NCBI RefSeq assembly: GCF_006345805.1
Contig: NC_043000.1
Span: 144,708,001 to 144,772,000 of the forward strand
Origin: Octopus sinensis
Lineage: Eukaryota
DNA: 64,000 nucleotides
Direction: 5' to 3'
The translations under genes and the position numbers were made by a program. Positions 13,610 through 25,999 of the stretch are shown in pieces. Numbering within the stretch: the stretch's first letter is position 1; each line of letters opens with the position of its first letter. The notes beneath the pieces are model-generated. The model did no database searches, was not told the DNA's origin, and saw only the letters and a list, made by a program, of their open reading frames with translations.

Positions 13610-14005
13610 TTTCTATTCTAGGCAGAAGGCCCAACATTTTGGGGGAGTGGGCAATCGATTACATCTACCCCAGTACGCAAATGGTACTTAATTTATCAAC
13701 CCCGAAAAAATAAAAAGCAAAGTCGACCTCGGTGGAATTGGAAATTCAGAACGTAAAGACAGATAAAATACTTATTTCTGTACTACCCACAAAGGGGTAA
13801 ACACAGAGAGGACATACACGGACAGACAGACGGATTAAACCGATTATATCGACCCCAGTTCGTAACTGGTACTTATTTAATCGAACCCGAAAGGATGAAA
13901 GGCAAAGTCGACCTCGGCGGAATTTGAACTCAGAACGTAACGGCAGACGAAATAACGCTAATCATTTCGCCCGGCGTGCTAACGTTTCTGCCAGCTCCCC
14001 GCCTT
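13610..14005 (-). mobile_element. SINE family B, long form with internally repeated module
   Basis: Matches 38192-38424. The module aaagtcgacctcgg(t/c)ggaatt...cagaacgtaa occurs twice (about 13720 and 13905). Confidence 0.9.
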
Positions 14006-14415
14006 CAATCACAACCGTATTACTATTTTGCAGATATTTAATATGTTCCTGTAACCTATGAGCTAGAAATCTATCGGTCGATGTCGTTCACGTTCACTTT
14101 TTTCCCAGACATATCACTTGGATTTATATGGATATAAATCATTTGTGTTTCGAACTTGGATAAAGACACTGTGCAAGTCATACACTAGTCTGTTCTGGGC
14201 TTCTGTAATAATCAGTTTTATCCTTACCGATAACTTCTTTTCAACCATAAATTATGAAAAGTCAGAACTGAAATGTCGGTATTGACGTCATTCATTGAAA
14301 GAAATGCATACAAAGTATGCAGTATAATTTAATCTCTATCAATCATTCAGTCAATTAATCAATCCATCAATCAGTCAGTTTCACCTCTCCCGTTCTCTCG
14401 CCCTCTCCCTCTCTC

Positions 14416-14489
<74 letters not shown>

Positions 14490-14588
14490 CGTTTGTGTGT
14501 GTGTGTGCGTTGTGTGTTTGTGTGTGTGTGTGTGCATATATATATATGTACATATATATATATATATACATGTACATACATATATATG

Positions 14589-15057
14589 TAAAAGCAAATA
14601 AATGGCACAACGAAGTACCGATATTTACTGGAAAATAGCGAACGTAATAAATACGATGCTAATGTATAGCTTCACTGCTTATGTACTAGCAAAAATGCGT
14701 GTGTGCAACAAACTTGAAAAAAATTGTCTTACCTCCAGGGAGAACATCTGAAAGATGAAATACCTAGAAAGGGATAACGTGGTACCGGTTTCAGATTTAT
14801 CAAGATATGTCTGCCCACATATATTTGATTTATCTTCATCAGCCAACATATACCTCGACAACATTTCAAATGTTGCCACATTCATGCCAATACACACGAC
14901 TGAAAGCCAAAACATTGACAGAACGAGAACACCGAAGAAGTTTCAATAAAAATAGTAATATCGGTACATCGTTGTGCCATTTATTTGCTTTTATGTATAA
15001 TTTTCCCTCACGGGCTATTCTTTACTGGAAAGCAATACTCTCGTATTGCATTACTAC
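14589..15057. mobile_element. PLE-derived terminal cassette with inverted duplication and internal HHR, flanked by (TA)n
   Basis: Arms 14589-14629 and 14954-14993 are reverse complements. HHR on the minus strand inside; the right arm continues about 60 nt to the TA tract. Confidence 0.7.
14780..14845 (-). ncRNA. Type-I hammerhead ribozyme, intact catalytic core
   Basis: Minus strand: tgg-CTGATGA-agat aa atcaa atatatgt gggcag acatat c ttgat aa atct-GAAA-ccgg-TA-cca. Stem I tgg/cca, extended stem II, palindromic helix III ACCGGT, GUA triplet. Predicted cut between 14783 and 14782. Confidence 0.85.
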
Positions 15058-15095
<38 letters not shown>

Positions 15096-15141
15096 GTACA
15101 TATATATATATATGTATACATATATATGTATATATATATAT

Positions 15142-15193
<52 letters not shown>

Positions 15194-15894
15194 GGTATTA
15201 CCATCTGTCTCTAAATACGTGTCTGTGTGAGTGTCCGTGTGCATCTTCCAAGGTAGCTGATTACATGTACACCGAACCGAAAGAACAATATCCATCCATG
15301 ACCTTTTGAACTTCTCAGATATGCAGAAGAATAGACATACTATGTCCTCATAGGGATAATGTCAAAATTATTTCAGGGAAAATAACATCGAGCCATATCT
15401 TATTAGTATAACCAGGAATGTTCAAAAGAGCTTAAAGTAAACTATGTTAACCGCTTTGTGGATGCTTCTCCGAATATTGGAAATAATATTATCCGCTTTT
15501 TCAAATTTCTTTTGCGTTTGCATTTACATAAAGCTTCTCACATTAACCCATAGCGTTACACCTCTTTTCAGAGAGTACTTTTACTAATTCCACCACGCCG
15601 TCTGAGAATTTATGCCCTCGAAACCAAAATTTAGACGGGAAACTAAACAAAAGAATAGCTATCCTCTAAGCACACGCACTTACTTAATAACCAGTAAAAT
15701 TTTCAAGATTCCTCTTTTGTTTATTCTTATGTGATGTTGTCACCAAAACGATTTCAATTATAAGAATTTTGTTTGAGAACTTTGGCACAATTAGCTCTAT
15801 CTAAAAGCGATTGTTCGGATCGTGTGTATATTGTTATCGATTAGACATACAACTGCAGCGATAAGCATATTCAGATATTCAGTGATAAAAATAA

Positions 15895-17000
15895 ATATGT
15901 CTGCACAAATGATATGTACCACTTTGTGTGAAATGATTTTTCGCAGTTTAAACTTTAATTAATTTTTGAAATAAAGCGTTTATTCATCAAAGTATATCAC
16001 ATGATATATTATGATTCAATACACTTATACTATTTCGCTGGTTTAGACGCAAAATCTACTCGCACCCGTTTTAAGTCTCACCCTCATTATTGAAACTCTG
16101 ACCGTGCGGAAACGTAGCTTGGTTTGGAAAAGGCGGTAATCTGATGATGCAAGGTCTGGACCGTAGCTAAACTGCAGCAACACTTCCAGCCCTCAGTTTC
16201 CACGAGATTGCATTAGAGCATATGGGCAGCACCTGCTGGGGCATTGTCAAGCTGTAAAAACGCGCGTCTTCGGTTGATCAATGCTGGGTAGCGAACTTTC
16301 AAAACATAATACATACCCTGCCGTTGTTCAACATAACGTTTAGCGTTTACACTGTTTGGTGCAAGCTCAAAGTGCAACACCTAATCAAAATTTCACCAAA
16401 CACACAACATGGCTTTTACATCAAATCCCACTTGTTTTACAGCAGTTCCTGAAGCTTGGCCGGAACGAAACTACCGATTCCTCATATTAGGATTACGAAA
16501 CAGAATCCATTTTATATCTTCAGTTGCAATAGGAAACCAAGAATGGACATCTCACGGATTTGCCAGAAGCTGTTTGCAAATGTTTACACGTCGTCGAAAT
16601 TAATCATTGGTCAGTTCATAAGGAGCTCTCTGTAGCGTGTAGTCAACAAATTGAACTGATTGAAATGTCCATTATGATGCTTTGCGAAAGACCAAGTTTG
16701 GCTGGCAATGTGATAGAACTTGTGCTTCGGTGTAAGTCAGGCATTTGAAGCACTACCTCATCTTCGAGACGCGAAGACACTGACAATATTTTGTCTTTGG
16801 TCTGGTATAACCTTCCTTTAAAACTGAGCCAGTTTTGTGTCATACGTTAGTTGACATTTCCTGAGCTTTCTGCATCATTAATGTCCTTTGCCGCTGCCTT
16901 TGCACTCAGCTCTATTTACCACAAGTAGAGAGAAATGACTCTAATTGCATATTTTTTCGCCACACATCATAAAAGCTGTAAGATAAAAAATAAGAAAATA
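15895..17000 (-). mobile_element. Decayed mariner (Tc1/mariner) transposase
   Basis: Minus strand: SAKAAAKDINDAE, ATEDIKWILFRNP (DEKW-like), CVW*NF, RYPALINRRRAFLQLDNAP, PDLASSDYRLFQ (YSPDLAPSDY-like). Stops and frameshifts. Confidence 0.85.
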
Positions 17001-17952
17001 ATGCTTATCTGCTATATGTGAAGATAAATAATTAGAAGATAAATAATTCAGTGGTGTGTGTGTGTAGGTATGTATGTGTGTGTATGTTTGTATGTGTGTT
17101 TGTGTGTTTGCTTGCTTGTGTGTGTATGTATGTGTGAGTGTATGTGCAGTTTTCAATATTGACGCAATAAAATTATAGCCAAGATAACGGAAAACCTTAG
17201 TGAATTTCGTTTGTGATGACGTTATAGTAGTATCGAAAGTTAATGTAGATTTATTTAAGCGCTTCACACATCCTTTGTTAATATAACTGTGTCTAACCGA
17301 TTAAGCAGGGATTTAACAGAAATAAGAATGGCAGATGAAACCATGCTTATCGACAGCTTGTTTGTTGTTTTACTTTAGCTTTGTAGCTTTCCATAAACTT
17401 GCACGCACACTCACGTTATGATCTCTTCATCAGTTGCATAAATACCGAGACATTGAGCAGAAAGAGTATCGAGGTTATCCTTGTGTGAGATATTTTCTGA
17501 CATGTTATAACTTACTAGCATTGAATTTGGTTGCAAATTGCTGAATAAATAAATTTTCTTATCAATTGCTGGTATTGGCCCTTATCAAGTATTTCACATT
17601 ATTTCAGTCTACTTTATGCAATGTTTCAACAGAACGGAGCTATGGATATTCCAATGGAACAATTGCCCATCCTGAATCAAATCTTGAAACCTTGGTCTTT
17701 AAGATTGGACTTGAAATCGATAGATCTCATGTAAAGGCTTCAAAATATTTTCTTTTGTCATTTCTCAATTACGATTAGAGCAAGAAGCGCAACGGAAGCA
17801 GTATATCTACACGAAATAAGCGTACAGGTAACTATTAAGAAAAAACGAAATTTCAGCTTAATTTGTATATATGTATGCATGGGACCTGTGTATAATTATA
17901 TATAAATACAAATACACACAACACACAGAGGGTGTCATATGTATATATAAAT

Positions 17953-17994
<42 letters not shown>

Positions 17995-18095
17995 TGTGTG
18001 TGTGTGTGTGTGTGTGTATGTGTGTGTGTGCTTATATATATGAATGTATGCATATTTTTTCCATGTGTACAAATAACGAGGAAAAAATAAATATA

Positions 18096-18170
18096 TTGCT
18101 CGACTAAAAGGCGGTGCTCCAGCAAGGCCGCAGTCAAACGACTAAAACAAGTATAAGTATAAAAAGAGTA
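18096..18170 (+). mobile_element. SINE family A 3' fragment
   Basis: ttgctcgactaaaaggcggtgctccagcaaggccgcagtcaaacgactaaaacaagta matches the tail of the 59582 copy. Confidence 0.85.
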
Positions 18171-18420
18171 TTTACCAGGGTAGCAAAAATTCACATATGT
18201 GCCAGAGATATTACAGCTTACATAAAAAAGGTAGAAATTCAAGGGTTAAGCGACTTGTTTTTGTATTACCTGGATAAATCAAGAAATGGAGTCAAACGCA
18301 GGTGTTATTCAAATCATGTATACTTACAACAAATGTTTTTTAAAAAAAACATTGAGATTATTCCAGAGGGAATTAAAATGATGTAAAACAATAATATCAT
18401 GTCGTTAGGGAAAAAGGAAG
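18171..18420 (-). mobile_element. Older copy of the terminal repeat family at 28091-28343
   Basis: Shares ttaccagggtagcaaaa, aaaggtagaaa and aatggagt..aacgcaggtgttattcaaat with 28157-28300. Confidence 0.7.
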
Positions 18421-18839
18421 AACAAAACAGATCACTAAATAGACCCTTCAGGTTACCTGTCAAACATCGTACCACTGACCAAATGTGAAGAAGCATGCGA
18501 CTACAAAAAGACCACCACTTGTGTTACCATAGCTGCTGAATTCTTCCTACAGCATTAGCATACACAAAGAACACTCACACATACACATATAAATAGTTAA
18601 TACCACACGCAACACAGACACATGCACACACAGAGAAACCTCCATTCGCATACACGCGTACTCAATTAATGCCACACACGCGAATACACACACAAACACA
18701 CCCATGCTATTGCACATGCGCAAACACGCAATGAGAAATACACACAAATACATCTGTTTTTACACTCCACTGTCTTAAGAAGTACATTTTTCTTCGTCCA
18801 TTCCCTTCCGGTCATTTAAAAATATAAATAAATGTGGAT

Positions 18840-19000
18840 TGTTGGCGATTTTTTTCTTCCGTCTTCATTTTCTCATGGACTATCTTCTGTCTCTTGTTTC
18901 TGAAGAGGACTTTCCTCGAAACGTAAAACATATTTTCCTGAACGATTTCCCTGAACGACTTTGAATACTTTGTACGTACTATGTCCTCACGTTGTTAATT
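18840..19000 (+). mobile_element. HHR-bearing short repeat (same family as 59110-59292)
   Basis: gttggcgattttttt..gtcttc...gtttctgaaga...ctcgaaacgtaaaac...gtcctcacgttgt aligns with the reverse complement of 59110-59292; ends at (TA)n. Confidence 0.75.
18896..18929 (+). ncRNA. Minimal hammerhead ribozyme motif, stem II partly decayed
   Basis: gttt-CTGAAGA-ggactttcctc-GAAA-cg-TA-aaac. Stem I gttt/aaac, loopless palindromic helix III ACGT, GUA triplet. Confidence 0.65.
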
Positions 19001-19013
19001 ATATATATATATA

Positions 19014-19110
<97 letters not shown>

Positions 19111-19197
19111 TTGTGTGTGTCTGCGTGTATGTCTGTCTGTATATATATGTTATATATATATATATATATATGAGGCGATATATGTATGTATGTACAT

Positions 19198-19249
<52 letters not shown>

Positions 19250-19264
19250 ATAATATATATATAT

Positions 19265-19410
19265 ATAAGTAAGGAAAATTTTTTTTAAAAATGCAGAATT
19301 TCTCATTGTATTAAAATTTTCTTTCATTTGAGCATTCTGCATTTAAAAAAAAAGTTTTCCTTACTTATCATTTCTCCACGTGCGGTCAACACAACCCCAC
19401 CATTTATTGA

Positions 19411-19412
<2 letters not shown>
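19265..19412. repeat. Fold-back cassette between (TA)n tracts
   Basis: ataagtaaggaaaatttttttt..aatgcagaat.tca (19265-19305) pairs with tga.cattctgcattt..aaaaaagttttccttacttat (19329-19368). The right arm continues about 45 nt. Confidence 0.85.
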
Positions 19413-19451
<39 letters not shown>

Positions 19452-19861
19452 TATATATATGGGGCGATCCAACGAAGCTACACGAAGAAGATAGCCTCTG
19501 TGCAGCATATAAGCTATTGGGAAAGACTCAATACTGATGCTATATTCCACTCACTGAATCGAGTACGCTGTGAATGTCCACCATCTGAACGAACCAAGTT
19601 TCTCCAAAGGCGAAATATATAACTAAATTGAATATTCACATTAAAATTAGCTGCAACCAGATAAGAATATAAAAGGAACTTATACGTATTTTATTCCTTC
19701 ATTAAACATTAGTGGGTTTTTTTTTCTGCTAACTCAGTTTCGCTTATTGCAAATTGCCTTGGACATGGATAGAGATATGGTCCTTAAATACTTGAGTACT
19801 TAACATGTCGATGACTACAACAGCAACAAAAATTACTACTACTGCTACATCTACTTATATA

Positions 19862-19883
19862 AATGATAACGATGATGATGATG

Positions 19884-19982
<99 letters not shown>

Positions 19983-20008
19983 GTTATTATTATTATTATT
20001 ATTATTTT
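19862..20008. repeat. (GAT/AAT)n directly abutting (ATT)n, forming a palindromic trinucleotide tract
   Basis: Strand switch at about 19920 (aataataa|ttattatt). Confidence 0.9.
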
Positions 20009-20175
20009 TATTTCAAATTGTGAATTGCTTCTTTCCAAGGCCAAGGTCAGCGGCCTCACTGATTGTTAGTTGTGATAAACACATCTGAACTCTGCTGACC
20101 GCAAGGATGTGAAGCTCCTTTTGTTTCCTAATGTCACAGGTATGCGAAGTTCCATTGTTGATCTCAATCTCAACA
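20009..20175 (-). mobile_element. Possible non-LTR retrotransposon 3' end with (AAT)n tail
   Basis: GC-richer segment whose minus strand ends in aaataaaaataataat; weak resemblance (ELHIL) to the GTAHILR-type C-terminus of R4-clade ORFs. Confidence 0.3.
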
Positions 20176-20204
20176 TGTGCTGAGACTATTTACACACATG
20201 TGAA

Positions 20205-22885
20205 ATACGGTGGAGTGAAAAAGGTACGTTTTACACAGAATTTCACAATATATTTTCAAGAGTATATATTTTTTGCGAAATCCTTTATAAACAAATGTGT
20301 CAAAATCTGAAGCTCTTAAATTTACATCTTCAAGATATGCAACCCACTTAAAATTGTGAATAATTAGCCTAAAATCAATTTATAACGCCTTTGCCGTTCC
20401 TCATTTTATTTTTTACATTCATTTTTACGAATCGATTTTCGTTTGCGAAATCCCTTAAAAATAAGTGTTAAAATCTTAAGCTCTAAAATTTATACCTTCA
20501 AGCTCGACAACGAACATGAAATTTCGAAATTATATGAAATAAATAGACTTTTCGACTTTTTTTCATTTGATATTTTTTATACGATGTCACTGAATAAATG
20601 CGAAACATGAGGTCTAGATGACACACGCATCAAAACAAAAGTTACGTTGAAACCAATTTATGATACTTGACAAATTTTGATGATAAAAGTAATTAATATT
20701 TCCAGTTTGTTCGAAATAATTCCATGTAACTGAATAATACAAATCATTGTAGGGCATTCCTTTTCGTTCCAGTAATAAAGACAATTAATCTTTTTACGTA
20801 GACGAGAATTAACTACTCACACTCAAATGAAGAATGAAAATTTTGGAAATTTTTTAAGCGACATAATGCTAATTGATTGTAATGTTCAAAATAGCTAAAA
20901 CTAAATAATTTTAATTGACTATTGCTGTAATTGATTATTGTAAGACGTTGAAAATGCGCCATTTTACCGGGGTTACTAAATGCCATTTGGAATGAACATT
21001 TCCCTTCAGAAATAAACCGATGGATATGAAGAAGGTATTTTTGATCAGTGCTGCGATAGTGTATGTCTACTGATGGTAAGTCTATTGGAATCTGCTACAA
21101 TTTCACAACACTTAGTATTTCACATCGCTCTGCAATCGGCCCAAGAAGTCTACGAGGCCCGGTAGTTTTTCCTTCGAGAAAGTTAAGAAGATGACGTGCG
21201 TGGAGCTGATACACACACAAACACAATGGCTTCTTCAATTTATCCCCCAAAAGTTTTATGGTATCTCTTATTAGTCCCGTATTGACTGCAGTACAATCGC
21301 AAACTACAGCTATCCTGTGTTTGCTTACTATCTCATTGTTTTCTATATAATTCATCAGACCAACGGAAATGGCTTTTGCAGAACCTGTTTTAACAGCAGA
21401 GTGATCAAGATAGCGAGACCTAGGTTCTTCTATCAATGCAATGGGTTCTTATTGAATTGTTTTCTTACGAAATGTCTTTCCCATTTGTTCACTTATGAGA
21501 GCTGTGCCCCTACTTCCATCAACATACATGGCAGACAACGGTTTATGTGGCCTACCTTCCTGCTGCATTGATTTACGTTTTGTGGATCAATCCCACTTTA
21601 ACTTCGATGTGGCTATAACACAATAGGTTTCACCAGATGTACTTGCCGTTAAGTCACTGATGACCGAACTTATAAGAGCAGAAGCACGGTCTGATATACC
21701 GATGTGGTCACAGGGCGAAGCTAGTTCTGTGAGTTTCATTCGTTTTATTGGTGTTTTTGAATTTACGCTTTTGCTGACGTCTTTTCGTTTCATCGAAATG
21801 GAATTGGAAAAACTTCATCTTCGCCTGTGGATCCATTTCTAGATTCACTGCTTGATGAAAACGCTTCAATTCAGGCTCCTTTGCTGACGTAGAAGGGCAA
21901 CCGTGATCTGACTGATTCTTTCGAATCTGAACGTTCTGTTTCGATACTGCTTCATCTATTCCGCCAATGATCATTTTTCGATTTGTCCGTTGATCTAGTA
22001 AAAATTCTTGTTCTCGCCGTGGGACTTTTTTGTCACTACTACAACTGCAGTTTTTAACGGAGTTGCACTTGCAACAGGAAATGTCAAATAAATATTGTGT
22101 TTAAGCATATTACACTTTGCTTAAAACGATGGAACACTTTTAAATATTTCTTACAGATTTCAGTAATGATTTTTACTTTAGAGAAACTTTAAAGATTTTC
22201 GGTTTATCTGACTCAATCGTAACACAAGAGAGGGATGCTTTTTGCCAAAGAAGAATGATCTTTTCTGCTACAATCTTGAAAATTTGTTTAATTGAAGGAT
22301 CTTTCTACACTACATAATTTTCTTTTTCCCGTTCAATTAAAACGCCCCTTTTAGCACGTCCTTATAAGTTGGCAAAACTCGCTCATTAAGATCACATTGA
22401 GTACCAAATATTAGGCATTCAATATGATGCGTTATTGGCTTATCAGTCATCAATAAATATAAACAACACTAACTTTAACACGAACATTAATTTTAATACA
22501 ATGGCTTAAAGTCCATATACAAAGCAGAACACTTCATGCACGTACGATGAAAGTTCACACGCGACGACCTTTGACCCGGAACTGAAGAGAATTTCACACT
22601 CTCGTTCGCTCAATGCAAAACATCAAGATTTAGTCAATTCTATCGAAACTTCTTATGTAATCCCTTAACGATACTATATTTACTGTTTTGCAGTCTTCTA
22701 TGAAGAAATCATTATCCGTTACGACTTATAATATATGGAATCCAAACTTCGATCAAAAATAGCGATTTGCAAAATGTTCAGTTGCGTTGCGGAGCCTCAT
22801 AAAATATTTAACAGCTATATTTATGATTATTTCAAGTACAAGACAAAGGTCGAAACTACACAACATTTAAAAATACCACAGAGTA
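20205..22885 (-). mobile_element. Decayed DNA transposon, hAT-like (hATx/hATm-type) transposase
   Basis: Minus strand: VLPTYKDVL; WQKASL; FDISCCKC..NCSC..KKVP..EQEFLLDQRTNRKMIIGGID; CDHIGISDRASALI; IEEPRSRYLDH; VCDCTAVNTG..KPLCLCVYQLH..LEGKTTGP. About 80 bp subterminal direct repeats near 20270 and 20440. Ends and subfamily uncertain. Confidence 0.7.
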
Positions 22886-24197
22886 GTATGAGAAAAGATG
22901 GCAGACTTAAATAAATAACGATAAAACTGTCACCATGGCAAGAAATGTTACACACGATAATGCACATCAAGTTCTTCCTGGTGGTAACAACGATGAGCAA
23001 GGGTGGAATGGCAAAGTTATAGTAAGTCTAAGTGTATTAACGGTGCGGTTGACAATAGTGGCAATGACATCAACCGTCCGTACATCGTCCACACAAGTCT
23101 CAATACTAATAATTTTAATATAGAAAAAATATGTCTTACGAGGCAAAGAGTAAAACTACAACACTACACCAAATCGCTGATTCATGATTAATATGGAAGC
23201 GCATCCCCCAGGATAGAACTAGCCTGAGGTCGAAAAGTCATTCACTGGCACAAACGTTTCTCTGTACAAGAACCTGGATCGAGAGTCAACCTGAGCACGT
23301 TAAATGCTGCTTAAGATTGAAACACATTTATATATGTTTTCTGAGCTGCAGAGTTTTACCGTTTTGTTTTGAAAACCTCTAACAGCAGTAGCAGCAGCAA
23401 CATTATCAACAGACCTTTGTGATTTGGGCAGCAATTTTCAGGGGAGCAATGTCGGAGTGCTTCCATTGTATTCTATTTTACAGTCCTTGAGATGATAATT
23501 GGATAGCTTGCTAATAGGATTTAACCTCGGAAGTTAAATGAAGTGAACAAATAATAATTTTCCCGAGGCTATAATGACTCTGCAAGCACACTAGTTTTAA
23601 TAATAGTTTCTTAGTTAGGAACAAGCCGAGAATTTTGGTATGAAATTGGTAGGAAATACCATAAAACCCAGTATTTCATTAACACATAATTTTATCGATC
23701 CCGAGATGAAGAAATATGTAGATGACTGCAGTCGTATGCGAATTAAGTATATTAGAAATCGTTACTTAATACTGGAAAGTAGTTTGTCTAACGCTCTCTC
23801 GATTTTGACATTTCACTGCTTTTGCCAATCCATTGAAAATGCCATGTTACCGTTGTAATAATAAAATGAAAAGTGACAGTTGTAAAATAGGTTATAAATA
23901 TAAATCCAGTGATATCTTAAAAATGCTTTCAGTTGAAATAATAGTGCAGTAATGAAGCACTGTAATATAATTACATCATGAGTTAATCAACTTCTGTAAT
24001 TACTATCTTCCAAGGTGATTAATTAATACCTGCTCTGGCTATTCTAGTTTTAAGTTAGTGTTTTTTAAAACATTGATGTATCTTTTCTTCATTCATATAG
24101 TCATTATTTCTCTCTTCGTTTTTTTTCTTTTTCACATTCCCAATTAATTTCGGTCGTTTTATTATCTTAATTCATCATTCGAAATGCTGTTTATTGC

Positions 24198-24253
24198 GAT
24201 TATTATTATTATCATTCTTCTTCTTCTTATTATTATTATTATTATCATTATTA

Positions 24254-24313
<60 letters not shown>

Positions 24314-24372
24314 GTATTGTTGTTGTTGTTGTTGTTGTTGTTGTTATTATTATTGTTATTATTATTGATATT
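24198..24372. repeat. Compound (ATT)n/(GTT)n microsatellite
   Basis: Direct reading. Confidence 0.95.
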
Positions 24373-24437
24373 GTTCCTTGAACGAGCATCTTCATTCTAC
24401 GTTTAATTCTCTATTAAATTGTTTAAGTGTGTGAGTG

Positions 24438-24510
<73 letters not shown>

Positions 24511-25999
24511 TTATAAATATATACATTTAAATACATGTATATATACATTCATATATATATATATATACATACACAAACATATATATATATATATATGTAT
24601 GTGTGTATTCATATATTTCCATATGCCTTTGTATGTAGGTATGCCTACACATATGCCTTTATATGTATGAACATATGTATATAGATATGTGTGTAGGCAT
24701 TATGTACAACGGTGAGAAAATTTACTACCCATCTTGGCAGCATTATATGACTGGAATTGTGATGATATTAGTGTATAATTAGTATAATGAAGAATGACAG
24801 ACGTAAGAACTATAATCCGGTAAATATTAGAAATCAAATATGTTATGAATCACATTTTCAGGAATTGATATGAAACATAAAATCACAGTGCTTTTCCAGT
24901 AAATAAAAGTAAGAAGCTGCTAGTTTTCGCTTAAGTCAGCGTTGTTCATATACCAAAGTTCCTATGTGACGCCGATGTAATTCATGAAGCATAAAGAATT
25001 TCTCGATGTAAATATTTGAAGTAAGATAATATATAAATTAACAAGCTTTCTAAATGCTTTATTCCCTTTCACACAGCCGGTCTCTATACATCTGCGTTTG
25101 AAATTTATCAATGCTAGAGATCTCACCGGACGTAGTCACTATAATCAAGATAATATCTTCAACGATCTGCAATAAACACTAATATGCTTCTTCAAAGTTA
25201 AGTATACATATAAGCGTTAGAGATTATGTATCCTATAGTCGGCAACGAATAGCATCCAACGGCATATGAAGTAGAGAGAAATGACATCGACAGGTAATTA
25301 TTGGTCAACATTGGTAGCTGTGCCTCCAATAGTTGCTGAAAATAATGTAATTACATATATTTTCCCACAATATGAATACAATAATACATTGTTACGTGTG
25401 AATCACTTTAGTGTTATATAAAACGCTTCATATGCGTTTAATAAAAATAAAAGCGCTCACATAGATTATAGCCACCAGCTCACGTAGTCCATAATTTCAT
25501 GTTGTATGTAATGCTATATGATAAATTGTAGGAAAATACTTTTAGTGATATTGCACACTATATTTTCAAAATTCTTGTATCAGGAGAGAAGACAGAGCAT
25601 ATGACATATAGTAGGATCCCTAAGACTGATGGCCGGGAGAGGAAGGCATCTTGAAACCTTTCCGAACTGAAAAGTCTCCAGCAAAAGCACCTAAATTGCT
25701 GGTTGGAAATTAATCTAGCCACCCAAGTGCGCCATAATGGGATATGAACTTAGAAAACGAAAAACAAGGACATATAGAGTAGGGAATCCAGTTGGGCGTT
25801 TTTGCTGTTCTATGAATTGAACACCTCGGATTGAATCGTTTTTCTATCGATGGCAAAATGATTAAAGGCTGAGTTGAAATTGAAGAGCGTAAAGAAACGA
25901 AAGAATCACACCATATTTTCTGTTTGACACTCCACAGATTCTCTTAAGCTGTATCTCAATGTATTCTACGGTCTACAGTTTTATACCAGAAACGTTCAT

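Noticed and set aside
17380-17437. Minus-strand CTGATGA...GAAAGCTA as an HHR
   Set aside because: Stem I does not pair and stem II does not start next to the core.
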